Source: Eledone cirrhosa
Lineage: Eukaryota
Direction: 5' to 3'
Assembly (NCBI GenBank): GCA_964016885.1
Contig: OZ024742.1
Span: 283,712,001-283,776,000, forward strand
Length of the DNA: 64,000 bases
A program made the position numbers and the translations under genes. The notes under the pieces were generated by a model. It was not told the origin of the DNA and made no database searches. It saw only the letters and a program-made list of their open reading frames with translations. How positions within the stretch are numbered: position 1 is the first letter of the stretch; every line of letters begins with the position of its first letter. Positions 41,863 to 55,700 of the stretch are shown here, piece after piece.

Positions 41863-44800
41863 AAATATTAAGACTTCATAAATATATTCTCTACTCATGA
41901 GAATTTCAAAACCACACCATCTAAACATAATGTGTTGATTAGCTGCCCTAACTTATACATGGGGTTTGGATTTTCCCCCACTTCTCAGATGTAAAATAGA
42001 GGGTCAGCTTATTTTTGAGTATATACAGTAAATCCTATGATGGTCAGCTTTGCCTTTTGTTTCTTTCAGTGTTGATAAAGTAGCAATCTAATGTGTTTGA
42101 CTAGCTTAAACATTGAAGTTGTGGTTCCTAAAATTGTTTTACTTGTGGCATACTTTATAACAAATGACGATATTTTGGTGCACTTTGTACCTAAATTTGA
42201 AAATATATTCAAAAGGAGGATTTATAAATATTGGCATATCATAAAGTAGAAATATATGTAATTAAAAATACAGAAAAGTTATTTGTGCTTCCTTCTTTAG
42301 TGAATAAATGAAACAAAGTAATATGTCACATGAGCTTGATATATTTTTAGCAATGCTTTCATTATTAATTTAGTTGTTACCCAACTTAATTATAAATTTC
42401 AATTTGTATTTTTCACATTTTGAAATAGAATCTTAGTCTTTCATGGTATACCTAATTATATCTAACAGTGTGTCGAGGTGCATAGTTTGGGAACCACTAT
42501 ATTAAAGTATTAGAAGGGATTGGAGCCCCTTCATGTACATACTCATAATTAACAATGGATAGCATTAGAGTGATTCATGATATCAAACCTGCTGAGAACA
42601 AACGATACATGATTGTGTTGATATGACTATAGTTATCTTTATCATTACCATTAGCAACTTAAGTCACAAGGTTAAGGCACATTTAGTTTTGTTGATTGGA
42701 GAGGTGGTGTCTGTTTTTAGGATTGGTTGGTGATTCACTTGTTAGTGCTACTGCTCAAGTGTTTGCTATATATGACACCATGATCATAAGATTAATGGAT
42801 TGATTCCTGGACTGGGCAGTATGTTATGTTCTTGAGCAGTAGGCTACACTTCATATTGCTTTTCATGATAGGACTGGGGCCCCTATCCTTATAATACCAG
42901 AGAAACCTTATGAGATGCAAACTCGTAGGATGCCAGCTAAACCTACATAGGCATGAGCTGTAATATTTAATTCATTTCAAATTATCATGCCTTGTGAACA
43001 CCCTTACAGTAGTCTGGGTGTGTCTATATTTAAGCTTAGTTTCACAAATGGCAGAAACAAAACTCAGTACATGAGTAAAGTGATAGATATCTTATTATAG
43101 CTGTGAAGCTATACCCATGACTCAAGATCCAAGCACAAAATTCATAGTCCTTGAGTCACCGGTATAGCTTCATGGTTATAATAAAATATATTCTTTTATG
43201 CTTTTAATGTGTTTCACTCATTAAACTTTGTCCTTACTGGATCCCATTACTTATTTTTTAAATCTCTTTTTGTTGTCCTGCTAGATAGATGGTAGTTAAA
43301 CTCCTGTTCACAGGCTTGGAGCCTAAAGGTTAGGGTGTTGGACTATGATCATAAGGGCGTGTATTTGATTCCTGGACTGAGTGGCATGTTGCGTTCTTGA
43401 GCAAGATGTTTCATGTTTTCATGATACTTAAAGCACCAAGAAACCTCCTATGAGATGCAGCCTTGTGAGAGGCCAGCTAAACCTGCCTAAGTGTGATCTG
43501 TAACATTTCATTTTAGGTAGATGGTGGTTCTGCTGTTCATCAGGTTGACATTAACATGTAAGATAATGACAGACTTAGTTACAGATGATGATGTCGATGA
43601 ACATTACCTTTTAATTTTCAATATTAAAATGTCAATGCCACTGTATGTGTGTGTTTGTTGGAGTGATTGATTTATACAACTGATAAGGAATTCTGAAATA
43701 CAATGGTAAAAACCAGCTGTTTTTGCTAAAGGTCATTATTTCATAGCTTTTTTTTTTTTTAAATAATTATTTATCTTTTCAAACATATCGTGTTTTTTCT
43801 CATTAAAAAAAAATGAAATCCATCCTGCGAGATCCATTCCAGTAAAAAAATTCAACAGGAGTCTGTCCCGGAGGTCTTCAGATTTTAAGAAAATCTGAAG
43901 ACCGCTGGGACAGACTCCTGTTGAATTTTACTGGAATGTCCCCAATGTAGGTTAAACTGGCCTCTTACAGGATTGGATGCCAGTCTGCTGCTGGTATAAA
44001 TTTTTTAAAGTGGATTGAAGCTACAGGAAATGAAACAACTTGTTCAAAGGCGCAAAGCATTGCCTGATCCAGGAATTGAACCCACTACTTTATGATAGTA
44101 TGCCCAACACCATAACCACAAAGCCAGATGCTTTCACACCCCATATTGTGATAAGGTCTGTCTAGTTTGATTTACGATTGAGCATAGCATCAAAGGTTCA
44201 TTACAATTACATTACACCTTGGACAGGGGTCTTACAATCAAGTAGTTGATTAGAAAACTCTTGTTCAAGGTGTCATGTAGTTGTATTGAACCCAGAACTA
44301 TGTGGTTGGGAAGACATGTGGGTTAGTTTAGTGCAGGTTAATTTCTTAATACATAGACCAATAAGTAATTACTAACACTAAAGCAGTTAGGAAAGATATA
44401 TATAGAAATATATATATATATATATATATAGATATATATAGAAATATATATGAGAGAGAATGTGAAGGTACATGGCCTAGTGGTTAGGGTGTTGGGCTCC
44501 TAATCATAAGGTTGTGGGTTTGTTTCCTTGACCCAGGGGCATGTTGTATCCTTGATCAAGACATTTCATTTTATGTTGCTCCAGTCTACTGATCAGAAAA
44601 AAATACCAGCAGCAATAGCTGGCAGTTAAGTTAATGATTGGACTGTGCCCTTATCATTACAACACCCCAAGAAACTGTGCAACCTCATTGCTGGCCAGCT
44701 AAACCTACATAGGTTGCGAATTGTAACATTAAACAACTAAGGCAGTTGTTACAGTGTGATACCTCTATCGAAGTGGGTCAATGGTACAGATTTTAGTTTA

Positions 44801-45253
44801 CAAATCAGTGGGGAAATGCTACGTATTAAGGTCATCTCAAGTGTGTTTGTGTGCATTAACATTGCTTATATAGTAGAAAATTAGTTCAGTATTTGTAATT
44901 CTAAGTGAGGTCATATCATTTCAAAGTGAGGCCTTGCCAATTCTAAGAAGTGAAATTAAGGATTTCAAAATGAGATAAACATAAAATGATTTGACTATGT
45001 TGTTTTGAAAGATAAAGAGTTAGCATGGAATATTTCATTTGTAATGTTAAGTGTGAACTTGCCTAGTAAATTATGTTTATATCAACCAAGTAGTGAGGCA
45101 AAAAACAGGTGGTTTTAATGTCTGAAATTTTTTTTCAGGTGTAAGTATGGCAATGACAGCAATCCACAATCATAATCTCTGAGCTGACTGCAAGCAATGT
45201 TTGACACTTGTGTCTTCTCTGTTCCATGTCCACTTGATGTTATTTGCTTAGGC

Positions 45254-45566
45254 CAGTGATTCTTAACGTGGGGTGCACACCCCTCAGGGGAACAATTTGA
45301 ATATTTAAGGGGCCATTTGAAAATGAAGTTAATGAGAACAAACCTCAGGTTTTACTTCATTACTTTTACACCAAGGCAACTTTGGTGCACATTACTGTCA
45401 GAAACTCCTGTCTTACCTCCTCCATATGTTATTGTGCATTTGGCACCACTTATACTCCAATTTGTTTACACTTTGCAGTTGATCATTGCTGTTTTCATGT
45501 CAAAGGGGGACATCATTTTTTAGATGTTGATGTGGAGCATGGTGCATAAAAGGTTGGGAACCACTG
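45254..45566. mobile_element. hAT-type MITE
   Basis: TIRs cagtgattcttaac / gttgggaaccactg. 8-bp TSD gcttaggc/gtttaggt. Confidence 0.7.
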
Positions 45567-47514
45567 GTTTAGGTATTACAAAAAAAAAACAATTTAAAGA
45601 AAAGGAAGTTTACCTCTGCACTGTGCATAAAAAAATTGGTTTTTGCAATGGTTTTAGAAACTACATACTCCAACTAAAAATAAACTATTATGACTGATTA
45701 ATTTTGTTTTGTTGATATACTCTCAAACTGATAAAATTTTCACTGCTACATTTTTTTTAATGAAAAGATACATTATGTATTCCTGGCTAATTATATCAAG
45801 TAAGATTAGGTTTTTATTTAAATAATATGAGTTCTATATGAAATCTCTAGTCCCACTTTCAATGTAGCATGACAAAAATTGAGCTGTCTCACTTGACTAA
45901 GTATTTACTATGCAGTATGTTCCTCTCTGTGACTGAAGTCATTTGTATTTTTTTGTGTGTATCATGCATGCAATTTTCATTTTTAACATGTCTTTGTACA
46001 TTAGTGAAGGCATGTGGGTTAGTGTTTTGTGTTCAGCTAATGATTGTAAGATCATGAGTTTCATTCCTAGGCTGAAAGGCTCATTATCCTTCGGCAAGAC
46101 ACTTTATTTCTTGTTGCACCAGTCTATGTAGCTGACAAAATTGAGTTGTGCCTGTAATTCAAAGAGCCAGTTTTGTCATACACTGTATCACACTGTATCA
46201 CACTGAATCTCCCTGAGAATTATGTTACGGGTACATTTGTCTGTCGAATGCTCAGCTATTTGCATGTTAATTTCACAAGGAAACTGTTTTATTGTTTGAA
46301 CTGCAGCATGGAGTCCGACATTGCTCTGAGAAAAAAACTCTGAGTAAACCATCAGGAACATGGTTTACTCAGAGTTTTTTTCTTTTTTAACTGCTAGATG
46401 TCTTCAGCTAGATCACTCATGATGAAGTAAAATCTTGAGCTAATATCTAGTCTTTACATATATGGTGTCTGTTGTAATTGTGTGATTGCTAAACATGGGC
46501 AAGCTTTGTCAATGATGTTGAGAATGCACTGGGTGGAACGCTGACACAAGTACAAGTATCACTCACCACTCAACTGTGAAATTGGGATGGGACCTGATTT
46601 ATGTTCACTCAGAGCCATAAATAGGGTGAATGGAGCTCAATGTTTTGCCTAGGGCCCAGAGGTACAACTCAATGGCAATAGTACTAAAATCTGTGTGATT
46701 AGCAGTTTCAGTAATATATAAATTTGTGTTGAGCTACTGTTAGCCTTTCTAATATACCACACCCAATTAATTATATTTGCAATACTGTTTTCACCCATAT
46801 TTTTTCTTGCTCTTCTATGTGGGACATAAACAAACAGAACATATATATGAAAATATATGCAGAAACAGACTTAGAATCACAGTGTGTGTGTGTGTGTTTG
46901 TATTTATATATGAATTTTTGCGACTGGGTTGTGTATTGTTTATGAAAATGAATATTGCACTTTTGTCACAACATTAATTTGAACTTGCACTGATGCAGTA
47001 ATATAGAAGACCTGCCTTCCCATGACCACAGGCTGAAGCATACATCTAGTACATACATCTAGTATGTACCACCTTCACCTTCATCACCCCCTTCCATACA
47101 CCTCACACATGTCCTAACACTCTGCCGCTCACACACATACACGACTATAACCCCCCCCCCCCAGTCCCAGCCCACACTGTAAAGTGGTCATCATGATGGT
47201 GACATAACAAAAAGTGCCTAGCCCATGCTGTAAAGTGGTCGTATAGGTGACGCAAAAAGCACCCAGCCCACATTGTAAAGTGATTGTGTAGCTGTTACAA
47301 CAAAAATGATTATATATATATATATATATCGTAATCCACCTGCTTATGGTGGGGCTGATAATGTTGTTAGAACTCAATGTGTCCTTGGAAAGATGGTTGC
47401 AGCAAAATTCGGCAGTGTGACCAGTAATTATTATGCTAGGTGATCACCTCCTGAAGTATCATTGAAGAAAATCTGCCCTGGTTACAGAGTCATTTACATA
47501 TAGGTGTTTGTCTA

Positions 47515-47811
47515 TAGAACAATAAAAACAGAAGTCAGGTGTAGATAGATAGTTAGTTCATTGTTTTACGATTGTATCAGAGATGTCGATTGATCGGTGT
47601 ATCGACTAGCATGATTAAGTTACTACTTACTTCTAGTCTTGAAATCCCTGTTCAATCAGCTGTCATCCCTCAGCCGTACCCCTCAGAAACACCCACAGTG
47701 TTTCTGAGGCAGACGGCTAGTCAATACATCGATCTCCATCGATCAATCAACACTCTAATACGATCGTAACAATGAACTATCTACCTACACCTGGCTTCTA
47801 TTTTTGTTCTA
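47515..47811. mobile_element. MITE/foldback element with ~95-bp imperfect TIRs
   Basis: tagaacaataaaaacagaagtcaggtgtagatag.. versus ..ctacctacacctggcttctatttttgttcta. TA termini. Confidence 0.7.
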
Positions 47812-48492
47812 CCCCCCCCCCCCCCCCCCCCTAATTTAAACACACAGGAAGTTAATGAAGGTTGTATTTTACAGATATTTTATATATGAATTATTGCTTA
47901 TCAGTGAAGGATTGATTATTGAATTCATGTAGGGCAGTAGATTGGCAGAATCATTAGTGGTTGAAAAAAATCACTTAAAAGCTTACTATTTCATTTGGCA
48001 TGTTACATAATGTACCTGCCAACCACTTGCATGCAAGGACTGCAATGTCATGGACACCAGAGAAGGGAAAGCAGAGGAGGGGCCAACCCAAGAACATTTG
48101 GCACTGAATATTTTGAAAAGACCTCAAACACAGGAATTAATTTGAACAAGTGTGGAGACAACCATGGCAGAATGACAATGTTGGTGGAAGCTTGCTACTT
48201 TGTGCACTTTAATGTATAGGGAGGGAGACCTAAAATTAAGGCTTTAAAAGCAACCTAATCATAAGTACTTAACAAAATACATATCCCATCATTTTTTGTG
48301 ATATGGGTAATAATGATGTATTTGCTCTGAAGCTGTTACACTGTCTTTTATTTTTATATCTGTTGAATGACATCAACACCAATTATACTGTGGTATGCTC
48401 ACCAGCTGCTGTTCATACATAAACACTATATATATATATGTGTGTGTATATAGATATAAACATACCCATAAAAAAAATATATATATAAACAT

Positions 48493-48870
48493 GGAGGCAC
48501 ATGGCTTAGTGGTTAGAGCATTGACCTTGCAATCGAAAGGTTGTGAGTTCAATTCTCAGACTGAGTGATGTGTTGTTTCCTTGAGCAAGGCACTTTATTT
48601 CACATTGCTCCAGTTTACTCAGCTGTAGAAATGAGATGATAGGACTGGGTTCCCTATCATTCCATTGCAAAGTGGTCGTGGCAAAAAAGCACCCAGCCCA
48701 CACTGTAAAGTGGACGTGTAGGTGCCACGGAAAAAAAGCACCCAGCACTCACAGTAAATGAGGTTGGTGTTAGGAAGGGCATCCAGTTGTAGAAATCAAG
48801 CCAGAATCAGTTCCCGTCCCACACTTGCAAGCAGGGAAAAGTGGACGTAAAATGATGATGATGATGATGA
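48493..48870 (+). mobile_element. Full-length tRNA/CORE SINE with RTE 3' end and (TGA)n tail
   Basis: A and B boxes, CORE-like segment, then sequence matching the RTE 3' UTR at about 26365-26490. Confidence 0.85.
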
Positions 48871-49784
48871 AACATATGCACTTCTGTGTATACTTGTAAA
48901 CACACATTGTCTTTATCTGTATTATAGTGGATTTGTTGTTGAGCTCGGAAATTTTTGATCAAAGATGTTCTAGTCATGACCTTGCATCTATAATTTTCAT
49001 GGAAAGTGTATCTAAGACCTTATCCGATGTTGTTACCCTCCACTTTTATAACCCTTTTAACTCTTTAATATTTATATTACTCTATATTTACTATTGTATT
49101 TTCACGTTAAAGATTTTATCTCGCATAATATTGAATTTATATTGACATTATTTATTTTGAGAACAATACCTTAACATAGGTATGATTATGACCGGTTTGA
49201 ACAGAAAGGGGTGGATATGGCTGGTTTAAATGCTAAAGGGTTAATACCAACTTGGTGAAATTTGGTTCTGGTCACATATAACAAAAATGTCCAATTTTAA
49301 GGGTTCCTATTTAAATTAAAATCTTTCAACATAATTATATATAAGAACCATATGTTAAGTTACTTAGTAATAATGAAATAATTATTCTAGTAAATCTCGA
49401 AAAAGATTGTTCATTAATCAATTGAAATGCAGTGTATTTCATTAGAAATATGACTACAAAAGATTGTGAGATTTAGCTGCTATTTCTAGCAAGTTGAATG
49501 ACCAACATTGTTGATACTTTGTTGGCTACATGTTGATTGTTGTGACATTAGGAGCCCTTCAAATCATGTTACAGAGAGACAGAACGTCCACTGTCCAATG
49601 TATATCTTCACTAAATATTTGAAAAGTGTGTGTGTAGTACAGCATAGCTTTCACCATCGTGCTCTCATCCATTCTTGTAAATGACAGCTGTGTATATGAT
49701 GTGATATAAGCCATCAGTTGATGGTAATGACGCTAATAATGATGATGGTGGTAGGGATGTATATAATGTAATATAAGTTGTCAC

Positions 49785-52700
49785 CAGGTGGTGGTGTGGT
49801 TGTATATGGTGTAATGTAAGCCATCAGTTGGTGGTGGTGTGGTTGTATATGGTGTAATGTAAGCCATCAGTTAGTGGTGGTGTGACTGTATATGGTGTAA
49901 TGTAAGCCATCAGTTAGTAGTGGTGTGACTGTATATGGTGTAATGTAAGCCATCAGTTAGTAGTGGTGTGGTTGTATATGGTGTAATGTAAGCCATCAGT
50001 TAGTGGTGGTGTGGTTGTATATGGTGTGTAATGTAAGCCATCAGTTAGTGGTGGTGTGACTGTATATGGTGTAATGTAAGCCATCAGTTAGTGGTGGTGT
50101 GACTGTATATGGTGTAATGTAAGCCATCAGTTAGTAGTGGTGTGGTTGTATATGGTGTAATATAAGCCATCAGTTAGTGGTGGTGTGGTTGTATATGGTG
50201 TAATGTAAGCCATCAGTTAGTGGTGGTGTGGTTGTATATGGTGTAATGTAAGCCATCAGTTAGTGGTGGTGTGGTTGTATATGGTGTAATGTAAGCCATC
50301 AGTTAGTGGTGGTGTGGTTGTACATGGTGTGTAATGTAAGCCATCAGTTGGTGGTGGTGTGGTTGTATATGGTGTGTAATATAAGCCATCAGTTAGTAGT
50401 TGTGTGGTTGTACATGGTGTGTAATGTAAGCCATCAGTTAGTGGTTGTGTGGTTGTATATGGTGTAATGTAAGCCATCAGTTGGTGGTGGTGTGGTTGTA
50501 TATGGTGTGTAATGTAAGCCATCAGTTGGTGGTGGTGTGGTTGTATATGGTGTAATGTAAGCCATCAGTTAGTGGTGGTGTGGTTGTATATGGTGTGTAA
50601 TGTAAGCTATCAGTTAGTGGTGGTGTGACTGTATATGGTGTAATGTAAGCCATCAGTTAGTGGTGGTGTCGTTGTATATGGTGTAATATAAGCCATCAGT
50701 TAGTGGTGGTGTGGTTGTGTATGGTGTAATGTAAGCCATCAGTTAGTGGTGGTGTGGTTGTATATGGTGTGTAATGTAAGCCATCAGTTGGTGGTGGTGT
50801 GGTTGTACATGGTGTGTAATGTAAGCCATCAGTTGGTGGTGGTGTGGTTGTATATGGTGTAATGTAAGCCATCAGTTGGTGGTGGTGTGGTTGTATATGG
50901 TGTAATGTAAGCCATCAGTTAGTGGTGGTGTGGTTGTATATGGTGTGTAATGTAAGCCATCAGTTGGTGGTGGTGTGGTTGTATATGGTGTGTAATGTAA
51001 GCCATCAGTTAGTGGTGGTGTGGTTGTACATGGTGTGTAATGTAAGCCATCAGTTGGTGGTGGTGTGGTTGTATATGGTGTAATGTAAGCCATCAGTTGG
51101 TGGTGGTGTGGTTGTATATGGTGTAATGTAAGCCATCAGTTAGTGGTGGTGTGGTTGTATATGGTGTAATGTAAGCCATCAGTTGGTGGTGGTGTGGTTG
51201 TATATGGTGTGTAATGTAAGCCATCAGTTGGTGGTGGTGTGGTTGTATATGGTGTGTAATGTAAGCCATCAGTTAGTGGTGGTGTGGTTGTACATGGTGT
51301 GTAATGTAAGCCATCAGTTGGTGGTGGTGTGGTTGTATATGGTGTAATGTAAGCCATCAGTTGGTGGTGGTGTGGTTGTATATGGTGTAATGTAAGCCAT
51401 CAGTTAGTGGTGGTGTGGTTGTATATGGTGTGTAATGTAAGCCATCAGTTGGTGGTGGTGTGGTTGTATATGGTGTGTAATGTAAGCCATCAGTTAGTGG
51501 TGGTGTGGTTGTATATGGTGTGTAATGTAAGCCATCAGTTAGTGGTGGTGTGGTTGTATATGGTGTAATGTAAGCCATCAGTTGGTGGTGGTGTGGTTGT
51601 ATATGGTGTGTAATGTAAGCCATCAGTTGGTGGTGGTGTGGTTGTATATGGTGTGTAATATAAGCCATCAGTTAGTGGTTGTGTGGTTGTATATGGTGTG
51701 TAATGTAAGCCATCAGTTGGTGGTGGTGTGGTTGTATATGGTGTGTAATATAAGCCATCAGTTAGTGGTTGTGTGGTTGTATATGGTGTAATGTAAGCCA
51801 TCAGTTGGTGGTGGTGTGGTTGTATATGGTGTAATGTAAGCCATCAGTTAGTGGTGGTGTGGTTGTATATGGTGTGTAATGTAAGCCATCAGTTACTGGT
51901 GGTGTGGTTGTATATGGTGTAATGTAAGCCATCAGTTGGTGGTGGTGTGGTTGTATATGGTGTAATGTAAGCCATCAGTTAGTGGTGGTGTGGTTGTATA
52001 TGGTGTGTAATGTAAGCCATCAGTTGGTGGTGGTGTGGTTGTATATGGTGTAATGTAAGCCATCAGTTGGTGGTGGTGTGGTTGTATATGGTGTAATGTA
52101 AGCCATCAGTTAGTGGTGGTGTGGTTGTATATGGTGTGTAATGTAAGCCATCAGTTGGTGGTGGTGTGGTTGTATATGGTGTGTAATGTAAGCCATCAGT
52201 TAGTGGTGGTGTGGTTGTATATGGTGTGTAATGTAAGCCATCAGTTGGTGGTGGTGTGGTTGTATATGGTGTAATGTAAGCCATCAGTTAGTGGTGGTGT
52301 GGTTGTATATGGTGTGTAATGTAAGCCATCAGTTGGTGGTGGTGTGACTGTATATGGTGTAATGTAAGCCATCAGTTGGTGGTGGTGTGACTGTATATGG
52401 TGTAATGTAAGCCATCAGTTAGTGGTGGTGTGGTTGTATATGGTGTGTAATATAAGCCATCAGTTAGTGGTTGTGTGGTTGAATATGGTGTAATGTAAGC
52501 CATCAGTTAGTGGTGGTGTGGGTGTATATGGTGTGTAATGTAAGCCATCAGTTAGTAGTGGTGTGGTTGTATATGGTGTGTAATGTAAGCCATCAGTTGG
52601 TGGTGGTGTGACTATATATGGTGTGTAATGTAAGCCATCAATTAGTGGTGGTGTGGTTGTATATGGTGTAATGTAAGCCATCAGTTAGTGGTGGTGTGAC

Positions 52701-55700
52701 TGTATATGGTGTGTAATGTAAGCCATCAGTTAGTGGTGGTGTGACTGTATATGGTGTAATGTAAGCCATCAGTTGGTGGTGGTGTGGTTGTATATGGTGT
52801 AATATAAGCCATCAGTTGGTGGTGGTGTGACTATATGGTGTAATGTAAGCCATCAGTTGGTGCTGGTGTGACTGTATATGGTGTAATGTAAGCCATCAGT
52901 TAGTAGTGGTGTGGTTGTATATGGTGTGTAATGTAAGCCATCAGTTGGTGGTGGTGTGGTTGTATATGGTGTGTAATGTAAGCCATCAGTTGGTGGTGGT
53001 GTGGTTGTATATGGTGTAATGTAAGCCATCAGTTAGTGGTGGTGTGGTTGTATATGGTGTGTAATGTAAGCCATCAGTTAGTGGTGGTGTGGTTGTATAT
53101 GGTGTAATATAAGCCATCAGTTAGTGGTGGTGTGGTTGTGTATGGTGTAATGTAAGCCATCAGTTAGTGGTGGTGTGGTTGTATATGGTGTGTAATGTAA
53201 GCCATCAGTTGGTGGTGGTGTGGTTGTATATGGTGTGTAATGTAAGCCATCAGTTAGTGGTGGTGTGGTTGTGTATGGTGTAATGTAAGCCATCAGTTAG
53301 TGGTGTGGTTGTATATGGTGTAATATAAGCCATCAGTTAGTGGTGGTGTGGTCGTATATGGTGTGTAATGTAAGCCATCAGTTAGTGGTGGTGTGGTTGT
53401 GTATGGTGTAATGTAAGCCATCAGTTAGTGGTGATGTGACTATATGGTGTAATGTAAGCCATCAGTTAGTGATGGTGTGTAATGTAAGCCATCAGTTAGT
53501 GGTGGTGTGGTTGTATATAGTGTAATATAAGCCATCAGTTAGTGGTGGTGTGATTATATATGGTGTGTAATGTAAGCCATCAGTTGGTGATGGTGTGACT
53601 GTATATGGTGTAATGTAAGCCATCAGTTAGTGGTGGCGTGGTTGTATATGGTGTGTAATGTAAGCCATCAGTTAGTGGTGGTGTGTAATGTAAGCCATCA
53701 GTTGGTGGTGGTGTGGTCGTATATGGTGTGTAATGTAAGCCATCAGTTGGTAGTGGTGTGGTTGTATATGGTGTGTAATGTAAGCCATCAGTTGGTGGGG
53801 GTGTGACTGTATATGGTGTGTAATGTAAGCCATCAGTTGGTGGTGGTGTGACTGTATATGGTGTGTAATGTAAGTGATCAGTTAGTGGTGGTGTGGTTGT
53901 ATATGGTGTGTAATGTAAGCCATCATTTAGTGGTGGTGTGGTTGTATATGGTGTAATGTAAGCCATCAGTTAGTGGTGGTGTGACTGTATATGGTGTAAT
54001 GTAAGCCATCAGTTAGTGGTGGTGTGGTTGTATATGGTGTAATATAAGCCATCAGTTGGTGGTGGTGTGCCTATATGTTGTAATGTAAGCCATCAGTTGG
54101 TGCTGGTGTGACTGTATATGGTGTAATGTAAGCCATCAGTTAGTAGTGGTGTGGTTGTATATGGTGTGTAATGTAAGCCATCAGTTGGTGGTGGTGTGGT
54201 TGTATATGGTGTGTAATGTAAGCCATCAGTTGGTGGTGGTGTGGTTGTATATGGTGTAATGTAAGCCATCAGTTAGTGGTGGTGTGGTTGTATATGGTGT
54301 GTAATGTAAGCCATCAGTTAGTGGTGGTGTGACTGTATATGGTGTAATGTAAGCCATCAGTTAGTGGTGGTGTCGTTGTATATGGTGTAATATAAGCCAT
54401 CAGTTAGTGGTGGTGTGGTTGTGTATGGTGTAATGTAAGCCATCAGTTAGTGGTGGTGTGGTTGTATATGGTGTGTAATGTAAGCCATCAGTTGGTGGTG
54501 GTGTGGTTGTATATGGTGTGTAATGTAAGCCATCAGTTAGTGGTGGTGTGGTTGTATATGGTGTAATGTAAGCCATCAGTTAGTGGTGTGGTTGTATATG
54601 GTGTAATATAAGCCATCAGTTAGTGGTGGTGTGGTCGTATATGGTGTGTAATGTAAGCCATCAGTTAGTGGTGGTGTGGTTGTGTATGGTGTAATGTAAG
54701 CCATCAGTTAGTGGTGATGTGACTATATGGTGTAATGTAAGCCATCAGTTAGTGATGGTGTGTAATGTAAGCCATCAGTGAGTGGTGGTGTGGTTGTACA
54801 TAGTGTAATATAAGCCATCAGTTAGTGGTGGTGTGATTATATATGGTGTGTAATGTAAGCCATCAGTTGGTGATGGTGTGACTGTATATGGTGTAATGTA
54901 AGCCATCAGTTAGTGGTGGCGTGGTTGTATATGGTGTGTAATGTAAGCCATCAGTTAGTGGTGGTGTGTAATGTAAGCCATCAGTTGGTGGTGGTGTGGT
55001 CGTATATGGTGTGTAATGTAAGCCATCAGTTGGTAGTGGTGTGGTTGTATATGGTGTGTAATGTAAGCCATCAGTTAGTGGTGGTGTGGTTGTACATGGT
55101 GTGTAATGTAAGCCATCAGTTGGTGGTGGTGTGGTTGTATATGGTGTGTAATGTAAGCCATCAGTTGGTGGTGGTGTGGTTGTATATGGTGTGTAATGTA
55201 AGCCATCAGTTAGTGGTGGTGTGGTTGTATATGGTGTGTAATGTAAGCCATCAGTTAGTGGTGGTGTGGTTGTACATGGTGTGTAATGTAAGCCATCAGT
55301 TGGTGGTGGTGTGGTTGTATATGGTGTGTAATGTAAGCCATCAGTTGGTGGTGGTGTGGTTGTATATGGTGTGTAATGTAAGCCATCAGTTAGTGGTGGT
55401 GTGGTTGTACATGGTGTGTAATGTAAGCCATCAGTTGGTGGTGGTGTGGTTGTATATGGTGTGTAATATAAGCCATCAGTTAGTGGTTGTGTGGTTGTAT
55501 ATGGTGTGTAATGTAAGCCATCAGTTGGTGGTGGTGTGGTTGTATATGGTGTGTAATATAAGCCATCAGTTAGTGGTTGTGTGGTTGTATATGGTGTAAT
55601 GTAAGCCATCAGTTGGTGGTGGTGTGGTTGTATATGGTGTAATGTAAGCCATCAGTTAGTGGTGGTGTGGTTGTATATGGTGTGTAATGTAAGCCATCAG

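Noticed and set aside
45148-45185. Box C/D snoRNA or micro-ORF after the 45138 acceptor
   Set aside because: Box C is imperfect, the span is too short, and there is no convincing terminal stem.
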